Of a stretch of 64,000 nucleotides of DNA, positions 61,338-64,000 are shown in pieces. Numbering within the stretch: the stretch's first letter is position 1; the number at the start of each line of letters is the position of its first letter. Both the position numbers and the translations under genes were made by a program. A model generated the notes under the pieces. That model had not been told where the DNA came from, made no database searches, and saw only the letters and a list, made by a program, of their open reading frames with translations. The stretch is from Malacoraja senta (Eukaryota): NCBI GenBank assembly GCA_038087875.1, contig JAXLNO010000655.1:1-64000 (forward strand), written 5' to 3'.

Positions 61338-62053
61338 AGCACTGTGGCGCAGATGGTAGAGCTGCTGCCTCACCGTGCCAGAGACCCTGACCTTGGGTGC
61401 TGTCTATGTGGAGTTTGCACGTTCTTCGTGTGACCACATAGGTTTGCTCCGGGTGCTCCGGTTCCCTCCCACATCGCAAAGATGTGCGGGTTTGTAGTTT
61501 ATTACGTCTCTGTAGATTGCCCCCTAGTGTGTATGGGGTGCATGCGAAAGCCAATTAACACAGAACTTGTGTGAATGTGTGATTGATGATCAACGTGGAC
61601 TCACTGGTCTGAAGGCCCCGTTTCCAAGCTGTGTCGCTAAACTTAACTAGTCAAGCGACTCGTGAAGGACAGATCATCTGACGGGAAGGAACAATTGACC
61701 AAATCCCGACATATTTCCTCATCTGCAATGTCTCTGCCCAGATCAAATGCCCAGTGGGGCGGCACGGTGTCGCAGCGGTAGAGCTGCTGCCTTACAGATC
61801 CAGAGACCCAGGTTTGATCCTGACTACGGGTGCTGCCTGTACAGAGTTGGCAGGTTCTCCCAGTATCCTGCGTGGGATTTCCCTGAGATCTTCGGCTTCC
61901 TCCCACACTCCAAAGACGTACAGGTATTTTTGGTTAATTGTGTTGGTATAAATGTAAGATTGTCCCTAGTGCGTGTAGGGTAGTGTTAGTGTGCGGGGAT
62001 CGCTGGTCGGTGCGGACTTGGTTTCTGCGCTGTATTTCCAAACTAAACTAAAT
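61338..62053 (+). mobile_element. Two V-SINE copies (about 61338-61645 and 61755-62053)
   Basis: tRNA-like heads, V-cores and CTAAA tails. Confidence 0.82.
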
Positions 62054-62421
62054 CAAATGACTCTCTCCATTGGCACTAGACAAGTTCCCAGACATCTGTC
62101 GCTTTGTTAGGTTGCAACACAGCCCTTTTGTTTGGATTACGGCCAAAGGAACCTGGATGAGTAAAAGGGAAGACATTGAACTAGTGTGACCGGGTGATCA
62201 ATGATCGGCGTGGACTCGGTCTGTTAGCATGCTCCATCTCTAAACTAAACAGTGTTAAGACAGCAATAAAACAGAAAGAAACCCCAGGAGCATCTTCTAT
62301 GGACAACCAAGGAGCAGGGACAGATGCTTTGGCACTCTCTCAACTCGCTCGTCGTCAGATAGTGGACATTTTCCTCCAGGGAAAGACATCTCGATGGGGG
62401 AAATGGAGGAACACATCTCAC

Positions 62422-62704
62422 CTGAAGTCATGCGGAACTTAGCTCTCCTCTTCTGATCCTGTTGGATTTCCGCCTCAGCCAGCTTGTCATCGATCTCCAC
62501 GCACGGTTGTGTGGGCTGCTGAGCCTCCAGGTAGTCAACGTCCTTCTCCATCCTCTCGATCCTGGATCCCATAACCTCCATCTCATTCTTGAACTCGGTT
62601 TTGTAAATGCTCAGTCCATCCAAGCGGAACATGATTTCTTTCCGGAAGTCTCTGAACTCCCTGAGATTCTTGTTCATGTCTTGGTTGCATTTTTCTAGCC
62701 TTCC
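62422..62704 (-). CDS. OLFML1: Olfactomedin-like protein 1, internal coiled-coil exon (exon 1 lies beyond the window)
   Basis: Acceptor TTTAATCCACAG, then GRLEKCNQDMNKNLREFRDF...RIERMEKDVDYLEAQ...PCVEIDDKL, then donor G|GTGAG. The 283-nt exon ends in phase 1, matching the downstream exon (G|AT = Asp). Confidence 0.9.
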
Positions 62705-62789
62705 CTGTGGATTAAAGTGAATTCATGACGTACTGTAATGCCTTTAGTTGTGACTAGCCATTTGAAACATCAAATGACCATACAAGCTT

Positions 62790-64000
62790 ATAAGGGATGT
62801 AATGCTGAAGTTCTATTAGGTGCTGGTCAGGCCACATTTGGAGTATTCTGAGCAATTCTGGGCGCCATATTTGAGGAAGGTTGTGCTGGCGCTGGAGAAG
62901 GTCCAGAGGACATCTACGAGAATGATCCCAGGAATGAGTGGGTTAGCATATGATGAGCAGTTCACAGCACTGGGCCTCAACTCGCTGGAGAAGGGACCTC
63001 TTTGAAACTTAACAAATAATGAAAAGCCTGGATAGAGTGGATGTGGAGAGGATGTTTCCACTAGTGGGAGAGTCTGAGACCAGAGGTCATATCCACCAAA
63101 TTAAAGGACGTTCCTTTAGGAAGGAGATGAGGAGGAATTTCTTTCATCAGAGGGTGGCAAATCTGTGGAATTCATTGCCACAGAAGGCTGTGGAGACCAT
63201 CAATGCATAATTTTTAAGGCAGAGATACTTAAATTCTTGATTAGTATAGGTGTCTGGGGTCACAGGACAAAGGGAGGAGAATGGGGTTGAGAGGGAGAGG
63301 TAGATCAGCCATGATTGAATGGCGGAGGAGGCCTGATGGGCTGAATGGCCTACTTCTGCTCCTATCGCTTATGGACATGAACTTATTCTGCACAACAGTT
63401 GTATTGTCATCAGAGATAGCCCGATGCGACTTCACCCAAAATATGAAGAGTAGGATATGATGGTCATTGAGTCATACGGCAAGGAATCAGAACCTTCCAA
63501 CCACGTTGAACAGGCCACGCCGACCAACTTGGAATACTGGGCCCATCCCAATTGCCTGCATTTGGCCTTATCCTCTGAACACTTCCTATCTAAATATCTG
63601 TCCAAATGTCTCTTAAAAGTTGTAATTGTATTCACTTTTATAGCTTCCTTCGACAGCTCATTCCAGATACGGACTACTCTCTGTTTGAAAAAGTTGCCCC
63701 TGACGTCCCTCAATTACAGGAAGGATGTGGGGGCTTTGGAGAAGGTGCAAAAAGGTTGACACGAACTCTTCCTGGATTAGAGGATATAAGCTCTAAGGAG
63801 AGGTGGGACAAACTTGTATTGGTTTTTTTCTGGAGTGTCAATGGCTCAGGGTAGACTTGAATGAAGTATATAAAATTATGAGAAGCAGAAATAGGATAGA
63901 TCTTTCTACCAGGGTGGAAATGTGAAAGACTATAGGGCATAGCTTTAACGTGAGAGGGTCAAGGTTTAAAAGAGATGCTCAGGGCAAGCATTTAGTTGGA
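62790..64000. mobile_element. Cluster of old CR1 3' fragments in both orientations
   Basis: LVRPHLEY, GHxxxIKG and NFFxQRVxNLWNSLP remnants with stops and deletions. Confidence 0.75.

Overview
Eukaryotic, repeat-dominated vertebrate DNA. It is most likely from a cartilaginous fish (skate/ray-like); this is inferred from abundant HE1-type V-SINEs and CR1 LINEs, not shown directly. The only clear host gene is the 3' part of an olfactomedin-like gene (OLFML1) on the minus strand, with coding exons at 62422-62704 and 55999-56804. Most of 17.7-47.5 kb is a nested transposon stack. A non-autonomous DNA element carries what looks like a captured, frameshifted TDP2 first exon with its splice donor. 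Inside it an old CR1 3' end is split by a near-full-length CR1 (78-bp 5' UTR monomers, SGNH-esterase ORF1). That CR1 is split by a Gmr1-type Ty3/gypsy LTR element (PR-IN-RT-RH order, tRNA-Pro PBS, ATGGG TSD), whose gag is split by a younger CR1. The 3' half of the LTR element is tandemly duplicated twice: a diverged 4047-bp unit, and an apparently identical 5775-bp unit that may be an assembly artefact. An L1-type fragment follows, then a DIRS1-type element with decayed ORFs but a perfect 80-bp terminus/ICR match. Also present: a palindromic THAP-bearing MITE, Penelope-type repeats with minimal hammerhead-like cores, a hairpin-CTAGT 58-bp minisatellite, and a 2-kb CA-rich satellite. All calls are by eye and from recalled family motifs; no database search was run.
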